Source: Eledone cirrhosa
Taxonomy: Eukaryota
Length of the DNA stretch: 64,000 bases
Assembly: GCA_964016885.1 (NCBI GenBank)
Contig: OZ024742.1
Location: 351,292,001-351,356,000 of the forward strand
Direction of reading: 5' to 3'
The position numbers and the translations under genes are program-made. Below, in pieces: positions 28,681-42,499 of this stretch. The stretch's first letter is position 1. Every line of letters begins with the position of its first letter. The notes under the pieces were generated by a model. That model was not told where the DNA came from, did not search any database, and saw only the letters and a list, made by a program, of their open reading frames with translations.

Positions 28681-29187
28681 GAATTTACACACACACAGAA
28701 TTACTTATGCCAATGGCTTTATCTAAGAATCTCTAATATTACATTGTTAATTTTGATTACTTTTGGTTAATTCAGGCAGATGTCCACACAGAACTTAACA
28801 CAATGACACGTGCAAACACACACGTCTCGTGTGTGTGCTCATTTCTGTGAGGAGATCTGCCCGAATTCACCAAAAGCGCCTTGTAATATAAGAAAAATTG
28901 ATTTCAGAAAGCCAATGTCATGAGGAATTATGAGGAACACATCTATTCAATGAACACACAGATCTGAAACTTCGACTTACCGGTTACAGAAGAGCTCTTA
29001 ATCAGTTTTGTTTATTGTGTTAGTTGCGATGGTTGTCAGTGATTCATATTTTATGGTGTGACTACGCATCGGGCATAGTTGTCATTCTAGTAGGTGGATG
29101 TTTTCTCTACAATGGGTGTGAGAGAAATTTCGTGATGGCATGAGGGAAACATGTATCTCATTCATCTTCTTAACAAATAATTCGAAT

Positions 29188-29189
<2 letters not shown>

Positions 29190-29275
<86 letters not shown>

Positions 29276-29437
29276 ATCTCTCTCTCTCTCTGTCTCTCTC
29301 TCACTCTCTCTCTCTCTCTATTTCTCTCTCTCTCTCTCTCTCACTCTCTCGCTCTCTCTCTCTCTCACCTGTCTCTCTCCCCTCTCTCTCTCTCCCCTCT
29401 CTCTCTCCCCTCTCTCTCTCTCTGTGCCTCTCTCTCT
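29190..29437. repeat. (CT)n microsatellite
   Basis: Direct run. Confidence 0.98.
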
Positions 29438-30531
29438 GTATATATATATGCTATAATTGTAGATAAAACGTTTGAATTAAATGTGTACTAACGATAACGA
29501 AGATGTACTGATCGTGTCGACTATAACTCTATTATGTACTAAGCAAATATTTTCACTCAGAACCTTCTCCAGAGCTATCAATTTGCAATGAAAATGCAAT
29601 GCTAAGCGTATCAGCGATCCAAATACAATTATTAATAATTCTATATTTCAATAAACTTTAAAGCATGCATTAGTCAAATTAAATTAGCACCAAAACAATG
29701 CAGAATTCCTATTTAAAGCCATCTCGCAGAAATAAATTGCGGAAATAACAGTTATTACTGTGTTTATGCTTTGAAAGGAAACATTTCTTATTAATTATGT
29801 AGTTCATATGGGACTGTGTTTGTTTGTGTGCAAACACACACGCGCACACCCACACATGTAAATATACAACAAGACAAATTAAAAGCGAAGGACAGGAATT
29901 TACAATGTCGTAGATGGAGATAGAGAGGAATATGGAATATAATTCCTCACAACCTATACTCATATTTAATAGCCTAATTTCTCACTGGAGGTATTATTTC
30001 TAAACCTTTAATTCATAGATTTGTAACCACAGACCAGTATAACAGTGCTTAATAGAATATTATTATCTTACTAACAACCCAACGATTTTGAATTTTCCTT
30101 ACATTTTGTTTAGTAAATTTAATAAAGCACGAATTTCCTAACGTTTTTTTTCTAGTGCTTGAAATAGGTTTTATTTTTAAAATCAATGAAAATTACATTT
30201 GTTGCGTTCGCCAAGGTTTCAAAATGTACTGCTTTGCTGTAATTGTACACATATTCGAGGAAATGAGATTTTGAAAGTTAGGAAATATAAGATAACATTT
30301 TGATTATAGGCTAGAGCTAAATTCACTTTTAATAATTTAAAAAATGTGTTTGAATTACAATTGTTGATCTCATATAGAGAGTATAACACCATAATCATAC
30401 ATACATGTGTATATAAAGATATACATAACTCCCCTTTATACTCACTTTCTCTCTTTGTACTGTACAAGTAATTCTATATATGTATATGAATGTATATGTG
30501 TGCATACATGAACATGTATGCATATGTGCAC

Positions 30532-30575
<44 letters not shown>

Positions 30576-31409
30576 TACGGTCTCCCTGAGTTTAATCAAG
30601 AGTATAATACAACTAGATACAGAAAGGGAACTAAACTAATGACTATTCTTACGAGCTACAAGGTTACACGTTTATAACTACAAACAAACGAAAAGCTATT
30701 TGCTGAGTTACTTCTAACGAGGATAAAATACACGCCATTAGACTTCCCAATAACCCTAATTTTAGGAGAATCAACTCCATGAATGATTATGCATAGGAGC
30801 TCGGTAGAGCTGGAAAATTAACGCACAGTCAAATGTTTGGCTTATCAAACTATGACCTCTCTATATGAAGGCGTTTGGAAATCTAGATCAGATATCCGAA
30901 TAAGTGGAAAATAGTTAAACCACCTCCTCTTGTGTCCATATTGTTAAAAAAAACCCACGTCATTATAAATATATATTGGATAAATCAATGATCTTATTTC
31001 AGAGATATTTGAACTAACTTGTTTAAAGCACATTCGCAACAATTAAAACAAGACTAAATAAATGACATGTCTTTTGCATATATGAAACCTAATTCAATAG
31101 CACCCGAACAACAAACTTAAGCTGGAGATCGTAATTTGTAACTAATACATATAAAAATGTTATACGGCGGCTTATATCATTCGTGTGTGTATAATAATCA
31201 TAATTTTCACTACGAATATCACAGGTATCTTAGTATTCATGTGAGGCAGATACTAGTGTTGCGGAATTGTTCAAACCAGTGGTACCGTTTGTTTAGGCGG
31301 TATTGGGAGAAAAATAGACTACGTTTTGGATTGAAACATCCTGACACATTTGTTACTGGCAGTTACTAACATAGCTATGACATGATCACAGGGTAAAGCA
31401 TTCCTCGTG

Positions 31410-31600
31410 AGGGTGGATTGGCAGCATAGGTAGAGGGTCGGACGCCAAGCTTTCCAGCAAAGAGTTACATCCCTTTATGGTCTGAGTTCAAATCCCGCCG
31501 ACGTTAACTTTGCCTTTCATCCTTACGGGGTCAATAAAATAAAGTACAAGTAATACACTTGTTCTTTAATTGTTGGCCTTGTGCCCAAAGTAGAAACAAA
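31410..31600 (+). mobile_element. tRNA/Nin-type SINE
   Basis: A box, gagttcaaatccc B box, core and tail present. Confidence 0.92.
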
Positions 31601-32026
31601 TATATAGAAGCATGACGTCTATAATTTCAAATACACATCTATTTTTATTACTCTATTAGTGCTACTTTCATAACACACCAGCACACGTACGTACGCATGC
31701 TCATATATGAATTTTATAACATGATTTAACTAAGTTTATTACTGCCTTGTAGGTGGTGCAGGTTGTATAAGCTTAATCGAAATATATGTAATACGCTCCA
31801 AGTGTAATTAAGTAATTAAGCGATTTCACTATTGAAAATTTACACATTTATGATATCTAATATTAAAGTACTTCTGGTTATGAAATATTATCTAGATTTG
31901 ATATTCCAGTATTTACATCAACCAGGTCTCTAAAAGGTGTTGCCGTGAAGGAATTATCTAAATTGTCATTTGTGGAATATAGAAGAAATCAGTCTTTTAT
32001 TTTACTCTATAATTAACATGCTTCAT

Positions 32027-32219
32027 ATAATTGTTTCTACTGTTGGCACAAGGCCAGCAGTTATCCCAGTGCATTACTGGTACTTTATTTTATCGACCCT
32101 GTAAGAATGATAGACAAAGTTAACCTCGGCGGGATTTGAAATCAGATCGTAAAAGGGCGTAATTCTGTGTTACAAAGCATAGCGTCCGCTCCTCTACCGA
32201 TACTGCCAATCCACCGCCC
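32027..32219 (-). mobile_element. tRNA/Nin-type SINE
   Basis: Full-length reverse copy. Confidence 0.92.
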
Positions 32220-32579
32220 ATAAAATTACTATTGATTCATATAATTATTATTGCTTCATATAATTATTATTATATACTGATAGTTTTGGTTTGTTACTTA
32301 TCATATGGTATATGTGTTGGCTTCGTTCGTGGATCTCCAACTTGAATTTGTTTTTTTCAGTTTCGGTTATATTTTGGCATGTCTCTTTGTACCCCATCCG
32401 TTATAACACCGCTGATATATATTTTACTTTCGCCCTCCCGGGCTCGATAAAATAATGGTCAATCAGGTGCTGTGGACCAAAACAATCCACTGATTTTCCC
32501 TTAGAATTTCTGACGTCGTGTTTATATTCGGCCGCATCGGCAGATTGACTGATGATTTAAATGTTGTACATTCATTAAC

Positions 32580-32689
32580 AAATTCCGCCGAGGTTGACTT
32601 TGCCTTTCATCCTTACGGGGTCGATAAAATAAAGTACCAGTAATACACTGAAAATTGCTGGCCTTGTGCCTAGAGTAGAAACAATTATT
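32580..32689 (+). mobile_element. 5'-truncated SINE
   Basis: aattccgccgaggttgactttgcctttcatccttacggggtcg...agaaacaattatt. Confidence 0.9.
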
Positions 32690-32729
32690 GGGAAAAAAAG
32701 AGGAAGGGGTAAAGAATAGCAGAATCTGG

Positions 32730-33100
32730 TTTTATAAGAAAGGAGTGGAACGGTTTATAAAATGCCATAAATGAGAAGAAAAGGAGAGAAGGAACAATTA
32801 ATAACTATTAGACAAAGGATAAAATAATGGGGGAAAGGAGAACTGTTGACAGACTTTACATCTATGTCACCTATGCCAAGTATTTCGTTCTGTGTCGATA
32901 AGAGGAAGTAACTTTCGAGTAGTGGGAGATTTCATCTCCCATCTCATCATAAACTTCCTAAAATGGTACAATTTGCAGAATTAGTCCGACAAAACTTTTT
33001 ATGTACATACTCTAAGAATCTTGACATAAACATTCTTGCTAGCACCCTGGATTCATTAAATTAAATAACCTCTACTCTAACTGCAGTTGTTTCTCATTAA
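32730..33100 (+). pseudogene. Possible decayed LINE AP-endonuclease fragment
   Basis: Remnants KGV..FI, VVGDF, NG, HP in the expected order but with many lesions. Confidence 0.3.
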
Positions 33101-33232
33101 ACCTGAATCAAATATTATAGAATAGATTTATAACCGAAAGTTTTCCTACCGTCAATGAAGTGCTAAGTTGCAGTGTTCTTTACATATATAGCTATATGAC
33201 ATGAGGAACTGTTGATACTCATTTAGAACATA

Positions 33233-33400
33233 TAATTGTTTCTACTTTTGGCACAAGGCCAACAAATAACCAATGTATTACTGGTACTTTATTTTATCAA
33301 CCCCGTAATGTTGAAAGGAAAAGTTGACCCTGGCGGGATTTGAACTCAGAATGGCAAGGGCCGTAACTCTATGCCTCAAAGCATGGCGTCCGACCCTCTA
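33233..33400 (-). mobile_element. tRNA/Nin-type SINE
   Basis: Reverse copy lacking the first ~20 nt. Confidence 0.9.
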
Positions 33401-33914
33401 CAGAGACAGTAATATAAATTAAGTATAGTCATCTCTGTACTGCTAAAAAAGTGATTTTCTACTAACATAAGTTGTCTACAACTCATTATTCAACATTATA
33501 TTTGGTAAGAATATATATGAACGGTGGAAATGTTGTTACTTTATTCCCTTTAAGAAATATATGATAATAACCCAAATACAGTGTACAAAACATTATATTG
33601 GGAATACATTAATTATTTTCGCATTAGAAATTTATATTACTTTTAGGAAACCGGAAAGATGGGACGGGACAGCAATACTGTCATTATTATATTTGCTATC
33701 ATGTAAGTAGGATGTATATATAAAGCTATCGCTGTTAATGTTCATGTCGCTAATTCTATTATCGCAGTTGCTGATAACCTCCTGCTGTTACATTGGTATG
33801 ATGTGTTGATGTATTTAGAAACTAAAGCTGTACACTGTTAATACTTCGACAATGCTGCTAAACTGAACATTTTCCTATCTGTGTAAACATATAGATAGGT
33901 GTTTAACTATTGGC

Positions 33915-33955
33915 TAGTAGTAGTAGTAGTATTAGTAGTAGTAGTAGTGGTGTTG

Positions 33956-34018
<63 letters not shown>

Positions 34019-34042
34019 ATGGTAGTGGTGGTTGGGGGTGGC

Positions 34043-34092
<50 letters not shown>
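33915..34092. repeat. (TAG)n trinucleotide microsatellite
   Basis: Direct run. Confidence 0.97.
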
Positions 34093-34211
34093 CAACAGTA
34101 GTGTCGACGCTACGGGTACACATGCGCACACGCACGCATACAAACACAAATGCATACACACATATACTCATATACATATATATACGCATAACCACACACA
34201 CACACATACCC

Positions 34212-34249
<38 letters not shown>

Positions 34250-34259
34250 TATATATATA

Positions 34260-34454
34260 TAGGAAACTGTTTGACTACGACGGCAGAGCTCAAGCCGTTT
34301 CAACGGCTATGTTTACGAGTCGAGAAATAGCTGTCGAAACGGCTTGCGCTCTGTCGTTGGGGTCAAACATTTTCCTATTATCCACTCTACTACACTAAGT
34401 ATTGAGTACTCTGGTGCGTTATGGTCCATCTGGTTCCTTACCACACCTCCTTCG

Positions 34455-34457
<3 letters not shown>
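34260..34457 (+). mobile_element. Family E fold-back mini-element
   Basis: taggaaactgtttgac..gcagagctcaagccgtttc / gaaacggcttgcgctctg..gtcaaacattttccta plus tail. Confidence 0.88.
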
Positions 34458-34515
<58 letters not shown>

Positions 34516-35543
34516 CTCTCGATCTATTGAGAGAGAGATGGAGAGAGAGAGATGGTGAGAGAGAGAGAGTGAGAGAATCGATCTTAAAACTGGTCCCAGC
34601 GTTTTCTACCAACAAAGAAATGATGACAAACAAAGTTGACATCGCAGAATTTGAATTCGGTGGGCATAATGCCGAAACTAATACAAAATTACATATTTCT
34701 ATTCTACGTTCACTGATTTAACACCATAGACAATTCCTAATAAGATTAATTAATTAATTATATGGGTTAGCAAACATCTCTCCTTCGAATCATAGTCTGT
34801 TTATGTGTAATAGGCTTTTGGTTATTTTGTTTTAGCTAAACGATATATTTATTCCATGAAACAATACATTTGGGTTTTATTTGAGTGGCAACATCATGAG
34901 AGGATGTAGGACTCGAACATAGAGAACCATAACGAAGTACTGATCTACGTCCTCCAACAAACTGATTCTGCTAATCCAACGTTCTACATATAAATACGTC
35001 AGTTTCTTAATATTTCAAAATTTGAATTTTAAAGAGTGTACTTGAATATGAATTTGAAAATAATATATTTGAAAATAATATATTTTTGGAGGTCGAAAAT
35101 ATGCCTCCTGCAATTTCATCTACTTATTGGACATACTATTTATGGATATCCTCTCCCTCTTCATCTTTGAATTATTGTGAGACACCATGAAGGCGGAACA
35201 TTACAGATTCTAGAGGATTTGAGGGAAAATAGCTAGGAAAACGATTTCAGTGAGTAGTATAGATTAAAATTTCATATGAAATTATTAAAGAAAATTTTGA
35301 ATGTCCCAATTTGTCAGATAAATAGAATATATTTAGAAGTAAATAAATGTTCAATAATCACAATGCACATATTTTTAATAGTATTGATTTCTGATTGACA
35401 TCTTATTTGAAGCATCCTTGATTTACACTGTAAATATTTCATTCTGATTGAATACTAAAATATTCATTATATCCTAGGGTCATCTGCCTTTGCAATCATG
35501 GGATTGCCTGCACCTTCGCAATTTCCATGCCCATGATTGCTAA

Positions 35544-35616
<73 letters not shown>

Positions 35617-35624
35617 GTAAGTAT

Positions 35625-36250
35625 GTATATGTTGCATACACATATATATATATGTACGTATGGGTTTACCGAATATTTATTATAATTTTCGGTTTGTTTG
35701 TAAACAAACATCCCGAATTAAGCCGCACAGTGTTCGGTAACCATCGTTGAACTTTGGTTCAACACTGACAAAGGAAAGATGAAGTAGTTTCTAGCTTATT
35801 AGCTGTCATCAGCACCGTATATCTTCCTGTCAGTCTATTGAACTTTTGAAAGTATATACTTTCCTCATGCATATTAACGGCTGAGCAGCCTAATTTGCAT
35901 ATCGAGTGAGTTAGTCGAAAACGATGAATGGAAAATATGAAATTTCACGTCTCACTCTTAGTACGGCTGATACTTAAATCTAAGTATGTATACGTACATA
36001 CATATATGTATACAGACGTACAGTAGTATGTATATACATACATGCACACATATATATATATGTACGTATGGGTTTACCGAACATTTATTATAATGTTCGG
36101 TTTGTTTGTAAACAAACAGCCCGAATTAAGGTACGCCCGGCCGACTAACTCACTCGATATGCAAATTAGGCTGCTCAGTCGTTAATATGCATAAGGAAAG
36201 TATATACTTTCAAAGTCATTAATATGCATAAGGAAAGTATATACTTTCTT
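35625..36250 (-). mobile_element. Family A partial tandem (408-bp period) with degenerate HHR (35778-35816) and inverted end (36141-36215)
   Basis: tgtacgtatgggtttaccgaa at 35653 and 36061; minus ggtg CTGATGA cagctaataagcta GAAA ctac TT catc. Confidence 0.85.
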
Positions 36251-37469
36251 ATATATATATTAGAAAGTTTAGTTTTTTTTTACAAAATGAAAAATAACCG
36301 ATATGTCCTACACGAGTGAAAGTATAAAGAAAAAAGATGAAATCAAAAATGCAACTGGAGTCTTATTTAAAAAAAATATATATATATTTATTTGGTTCCT
36401 CTACCGGTTTCGCAGTTCTTCTGCTCTTCAAAAGTAGAGTTGAGATGGAGGGTCTGCAGCTTTTTTAGGTATATATACATTACTCTTTTACTCTTATACG
36501 TGTTCCAGTCATCTGACTGAGGCCATGCCGGGGCACGGCCCTTGACCGAAAAAAACGTTGTATATATATATTGAAGGCGTATATAAGACCGTTTTGTTAA
36601 CATAATCTTTAAAGACAGGCGCTTACATGAGAACGTGTCCGTGAAAAATATTCATAGATACCTATCAGGAACAAATGTGGGCCAACGCGCTAGCCTGGAA
36701 AAAATGTTAACTTTTCTTGTTCAGTTGTTTCGTTCCTTAATTCAAATTCGGCCGAATTCAATGTTGCCTTATACACTTCTGTGTGCAATGATTTAAAGTA
36801 TCACTTAAATACAGTGTGCGATACAATGAATATTCTCCTCTGTATCAACTGCTGGCCTCGTTCCTACACCTGAACCATACTCAGACAAAACTCCTGTGGC
36901 CAAATAACACCCTAAGGTACGTTAAGAACTGTGATATACTTAAATATTTTTAATCCCATTTCTTTTTAAGAAACGCGTACCCTGTTATATTTGAAGAGAG
37001 AGACATTTTTATGACACTATAATGTTTATTTGGAATACACAATATATTCTCATCCAAAGCAGATTTACACTATTATGATTATTTATACCTCACTGTGCCA
37101 ATATACATCTTTGTTGATTCAATTGAAAATTACCTAGTGTGTGGGAGACGTCAATGTCGGTACCAATACATCCAAGTTTGTCCGACAATATATGTACAGA
37201 AACAGCCAAAGTATTATATTGTTATTTTACCTAGGGTCAGCACAGATTGCACAACGTATATTCGAATAGCGACGTATTGGACAAACTTATCCAATGTGTA
37301 CAGTTATACGTTCCCCATCGTAATAAATCCACAGTCAGTAGGCTGCGTCCTTCACTGAAAAACGTAGCGGTGAAAAAAAGGATCGATCGACCTTCGTCAA
37401 GTCGGACCGAGGAAACAATATTTCCGTCGGTCTTTCCAGTCGCTAGTACTATCTATCGGTCGCAACTCC

Positions 37470-37575
37470 AGGTAGAAGGAACAAGGTGAAATAAAGTTTC
37501 TTGCTCAAGGATATAACGCAACGCCCAGTCCAGGAATCGAACTTACCACCTCAATATTGTGAATCCAATTCTCAG
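37470..37575 (-). mobile_element. Second tRNA-derived SINE family (CORE/V-like ccttgagcaag motif)
   Basis: Minus: agttcgattcctggactgggcgttgcgttatatccttgagcaagaaactttatttcac. Confidence 0.65.
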
Positions 37576-37800
37576 TAAAAAGGAATACTAATTTACATCG
37601 ATTAGAGGGTGTTTACTTTGACACCAAAAGATTAAAGGTAAACGCTGAACTCAGTCATATTTCTAAGGACGTTCATTAGGACAACGTTGTTTATGACACG
37701 TCATTGATTGCTAGCGTTTTGGTAGTGAGCCCAATATATTAATAAATTAAAGCTAGCTTAACATTCCTTTAAAAATATAAAGGCGTGCAACTTTGCAGGG

Positions 37801-37806
37801 TATAAA
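37801..37806 (+). promoter_or_regulatory. Candidate TATA box
   Basis: gggTATAAAggg in non-repetitive, GC-richer context 100 bp upstream of a hydrophobic ATG ORF. Confidence 0.3.
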
Positions 37807-37900
37807 GGGACGGTCACTGACTGCAGACCACTGACTGCAATACATGTAGCTAGCACGAACTAATAGACACGCAGTTCTGAGGAAATCTGGTACAAAGGAG

Positions 37901-38032
37901 ATGACTGCGCTGGTATGGACATACATATGGATTATTATCATTGGGTTCCAGAAAATTCTAGTAGAAGAAAGTTGGTGTAGAGGGAGATCAAGAAGCCCCT
38001 TTCTAGGTGTTATTGAAACTGATCTCAAATAA
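37901..38032 (+). CDS. Candidate signal-peptide first exon or 43-aa ORF
   Basis: MTALVWTYIWIIIIGFQKILVEESWCRGRSRSPFLGVIETDLK*; weak phase-1 donor GT at 38007. Confidence 0.25.
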   Translation: MTALVWTYIWIIIIGFQKILVEESWCRGRSRSPFLGVIETDLK

Positions 38033-38109
38033 AATAATCTCTCTTGGGAGATGAAGAAAAAAGAATATTGTTTTCTATACACATGAATCCGTATATTCAC
38101 AGTCATAAC

Positions 38110-38520
38110 TGGGATGGAGTCTTAGTCTTAGTCTTAAATTCTTCCACGCTGTTCGGCCCATCGAGCAGTAAATACAAGCCAACGGTCACGATCAGCGGCA
38201 ACGTTTTTGAGACCTTCCAGGTGATGTTGGCTGCCATCAGGTCCTTCCGGAACGTTCGTCGCCAGGTGATCCTTGGGCAACCCCGCCCCCGTTTACAACC
38301 AGGTGGTGTCCAGTTCATCGCTGATTTTGAATGCCGTTCATTTGGCAGACGCAGAATATGGCCAGCCAGACGGCATCGACGCTCCGTGACACTCTCTGTA
38401 GCGTCGACGACTCGGCTCTCCGCAGGATCTATTCGTTTCGTACTCGGTCGTGCCAGGAAACACGAAGGATCTTTCGCAGGTACCGCTGGCGGAAAGCGTT
38501 CAGCCGTCTCTCAAAGATGA
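38110..38520 (-). mobile_element. RTE-clade LINE 3' end
   Basis: RRLNAFRQRYLRKILRVSWHDRVRNE*ILRRA..RRCRLAGHILRLPNERHSKSAMNWTPPGCKRGRGCPRITWRRTF. Confidence 0.92.
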
Positions 38521-38790
38521 TCGGCGTACAGATGAAGGCGTGGGAAGCAATCCAGACTTGACGGACCTCAACCAAAGCCGAAAGGACGTTGGGGTTCCGA
38601 TGAGCCGAATTCTGAACACCGAAACAAAGATGCGAATTGGAATTTGGAACGCGCGTACGCTATACCAAACAGGCAAGCTGGCTCAGCTACTTCGCAATTT
38701 CGACCACAACCAGCTGGACATTCTGGGCCTGAGTGAAATGCGCTGCACCGGCAGCGTAAAGATGAGTGGCAGCGGAGACACATCTCTGCT
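38521..38790 (+). mobile_element. RTE-clade LINE 5' part (AP endonuclease N-terminus), inverted relative to the adjacent 3' end
   Basis: MRIGIWNARTLYQTGKLAQLLRNFDHNQLDILGLSEMRCTGS. Confidence 0.9.
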
Positions 38791-39472
38791 CTCGCACCAG
38801 CCGGAATTATATGGTTTTTAATGCGAAGAAATACCGATGATGGCTGGAAGATGACTGATGACGGACAGTCCTGTCTTCTTGCTCTAATTTTGTTCATATG
38901 TATCCCATTTGCAACAACGAAGCACGCCATTTTTCATTTAGATTTTTCCCTCCGCTGTGACCAGTCTATTTCTTTCTTACTCCTATCCTCTTTCTCTCTC
39001 CTTGTATCTCTTACCTTCATTCACCCCCTCTGCCAGTCACACTCTCTCGGCTGGCCTCTCCCCACACTTTCACTCTCTCACTCTCTGCTACTCCCTATCT
39101 CTCACGTCCTCCCGTCTGACCGGTGTGAAATCCTTTTCTCGCTCACATTTCTCAGGGTCTGGACGCATCTTTTTCTCCCCCTCTACAATTTGCTCGAACT
39201 TAAATTCACAGATATGACGGACTTGTCTCTCATCTTCCTCTCTTTCCGTTGCCTTATCATCTCTGTCTGTTTACATGTCTCGCTTTCTCCACCGATTTGT
39301 TTTTGTCCCAATAACTTTTTTTAGTTATTGCTCGCACCAGCCGGAGGTATATGGTGTTTAATGCAAAGAAATACCGATGATGGCTGGAAGATCACTGATG
39401 ACGGCCAGACCTGACTTCTTGCTCTAATTTTATTCATATGTATCCCATTTGCAACAACGCAGCCCGCCATTT
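38790..39472. repeat. ~143-bp direct repeats (38790-38932, 39331-39472) around a CT-rich spacer
   Basis: ctcgcaccagccgga...gaaataccgatgatggctggaagat...cgccattt occurs twice. Confidence 0.9.
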
Positions 39473-39490
39473 GTCACACGCACACACACA

Positions 39491-39581
<91 letters not shown>

Positions 39582-40534
39582 ACACACACACACAAACACA
39601 CACATATATATATATATATATATTCTGTAAAAAGGTTATAATCTCATGCCATCGTTTAATTAGGTATGTTATTGTGATGAGGTAATTAAAGTGAAGGGTG
39701 TATATTGGAGGGACAATATTGACTATGACTTGTATGACAGGGAGATGGTCGTCTTCTTATTGAGAGAATAAATTAATATTTAATAAAATGTAGACATACA
39801 TGAACGGATGTTTTTATGTACGTCTGTATGAGTGCACAATTGTGTCGGTATCATTGTATAGGATGATAAATAGACAATTGTAGGAAAATATAGATTCTTA
39901 GTAATACTACGATATTCCAGGCGGCTGGAACAGCGGAAAGTATAATATCTAACACGTTTTCTTAGGAATTTTGAAATAAAAAAGATTGTACAAGAATATT
40001 TTAGGTCAAACATGAAATTATACAGCAATATATGATAGCAATACACATGGTAAACTTTCTACTGTCTATTACCCTGCAGCATATAATGAGTAAGTCAGGC
40101 CTCTCAAAGAAGGATGTTTATAAATGCAGATAAACATGTAGTATCTGTCATTCGTGTCTGAATATTAACATGTATGCCTTTATTTACAAGAACTGTAAAG
40201 AAGAAACATCGATCCGGTTTACTTTCGCACTTATAGCCAATTCCATTCACGTACAATGATAATGCTGTTGGGCAAATGTATTATCGGTACAACTTTCCAT
40301 TGATTATGCCATAAAAATATTATTGAAAAATACCATATTGTAGTATTCTCTCACATTGTATATCATACTGTTATGCATTAGAATGTTGGTTTCACAGTTT
40401 CGAGTCCAAGGTGAAATTGCGCTATATATATACATATTCACGCACGCACGCACACACACACACACACACACAACCCTCCCTCCACATATATATAGATCAC
40501 ACTTTAAGCTGGGAGTTGTTACTTAAATTAAATG

Positions 40535-40594
<60 letters not shown>

Positions 40595-40845
40595 AATGGA
40601 AGTACAGCTTACTTGAAGCTCGAGCCGCAGCTAAGCCAACGAATGCATTCAGAAGTGCAGTCAAGCACTCGATAAGGTATAAAACCATAGAGTAAAGGGC
40701 TTGCAAATTCAAGATAGAGACATGTAATTCAGCCGCGAGGACCATAGCAACGGAAGAACTGACTGATATATATATATATGTGTATTTAAAAGGTAAAAAG
40801 ATATAACAACACAATCGCTACAGTATATGGAAGGCATATATTAGG

Positions 40846-40895
<50 letters not shown>

Positions 40896-40967
40896 CTGGG
40901 ATATACATAAACAACACTCTGTTCCTATTCTAACTGGGAAATATTTGTTACATATACGATAACATTA

Positions 40968-41146
40968 TTGGCAGTATCTGTAGAGGGTCGGACGCCATGC
41001 TTTCCAGCATAGTTACGTCCCTTTACGATCTGAGTTCAAATCCCGCCGAGGATGACTTTGCCTTTCATCCTTACGGGGTCGATAAAATAAAGTACCAGTA
41101 ATGTACTGGTTACTTGCTGGCCTTGTGCCTAAAGTAGAAGCAATTG
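40968..41146 (+). mobile_element. tRNA/Nin-type SINE
   Basis: tggcagtatc...gagttcaaatcccgccgagg...ggccttgtgcctaaagtagaa. Confidence 0.92.
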
Positions 41147-41678
41147 TATGATAGCGGTTACTCTCTATATAGAAATATTTCCTATTTACAATCTTGTCTC
41201 TCATAATTTCACGATCGACATATATATAGATATTTGATCCACTATAGCGTCCCTGTATACAATTACAGGCGTTTGTAAATATATCAGTCACATATTTATC
41301 GAAGACGGAAGATGGATAGCATTATCAGTGTTGCGCCGGATTAAATAAGTTGCTGTATTTACTTACGTCACTAATTTCAGAATTAAATTAGTGCTGTTGT
41401 CAATTTTGCATATCATATTTCTAGTTGTCGATGGTACAGATTATATGTAATATATATGATCAATACACATGCTTATATCTTCTCATACAATTTGTGGAAT
41501 TCTGATCACGTCAATTCATCACATACAGGATGCCCAGCAGCCGCAGTAACTAATGATCCGCTATATAATATAATTCAAATAGACAAAATTAATTCTTAAT
41601 CTAACTTGATATATATCAAGTAATATTTTAAGTATTTTACTTCAGGAATATCAAACATATCAGCAATTGAGTTTTACT

Positions 41679-41754
<76 letters not shown>

Positions 41755-41767
41755 GCTTTATTCACAT

Positions 41768-41875
41768 TGCTGACAAGTGTTTCTCTGAATTGGCAGGGCT
41801 AGAGATAGCTACCCGCCTGTTTTTGCGTCAATCGATCACCAATACTTTGTTATAACCAGTCAATTCATCAGAGCA
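41768..41875 (-). ncRNA. Type I hammerhead (separate family)
   Basis: Minus: tgct CTGATGA a ttga..tcag a GAAA cacttg TC agca; near-palindrome ACAC(G>T)TGT. Confidence 0.68.
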
Positions 41876-42105
41876 TGCGAGAATGAAGGGAATACACAGG
41901 CATGGGTTCTATATATAGTAGTGGCACTAAATCAGAACAATAATAACAATACTAACAATACTATCAGTATTCGAATAAATTAGCTAGACCGTGAACAGTT
42001 AAAATAATCACAACATCAATCTAAGTAAGACATAGAGTATACTGGTGACTTTAGCACGTAAAACGAGCTGATACGAAGCAGATGTATGAAATAGACATGT
42101 AAAAG

Positions 42106-42151
<46 letters not shown>

Positions 42152-42257
42152 AACGTATTTATGGGTCACTTTCACGACCTTTCAGACCTGTATTAGTTGG
42201 AGTGAGGTCATATATTTTATCGTTCTTGGGATTTTTAACCCTAGGAAAGGAAAATGC

Positions 42258-42335
42258 TTCTCTGATGATCTTTGCTTTTCCATTAATATCCATGTGATAT
42301 CTAATGTTTTGCAACATGAAACTGTACTGTAAGGG
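42258..42335 (+). ncRNA. Type I hammerhead, family C (intact core) in repeat 42160-42455
   Basis: ttct CTGATGA t ctttgc..gcaaca t GAAA ctgtactg TA aggg. Confidence 0.75.
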
Positions 42336-42451
42336 CCATTTGAATAGGTAAATATTTATATTATATTTTTTAATTTTGATTAATTTTAATTGTAAATTAA
42401 TTTTGATTTATTTTGAAAAATTGGTTGAATTTTACTTGTTCTGCTTATCTT

Positions 42452-42499
<48 letters not shown>

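Noticed and set aside
28838-28925. HHR-like ctcat..ctgtga ggagatc..gatttca gaaa..gtc atgag (relative near 21325-21400)
   Set aside because: Core spacing is non-canonical and stem III does not pair; at best a fossil
38850-38900. CTGATGA within the 143-bp direct repeats
   Set aside because: No downstream GAAA-stem III-NUH
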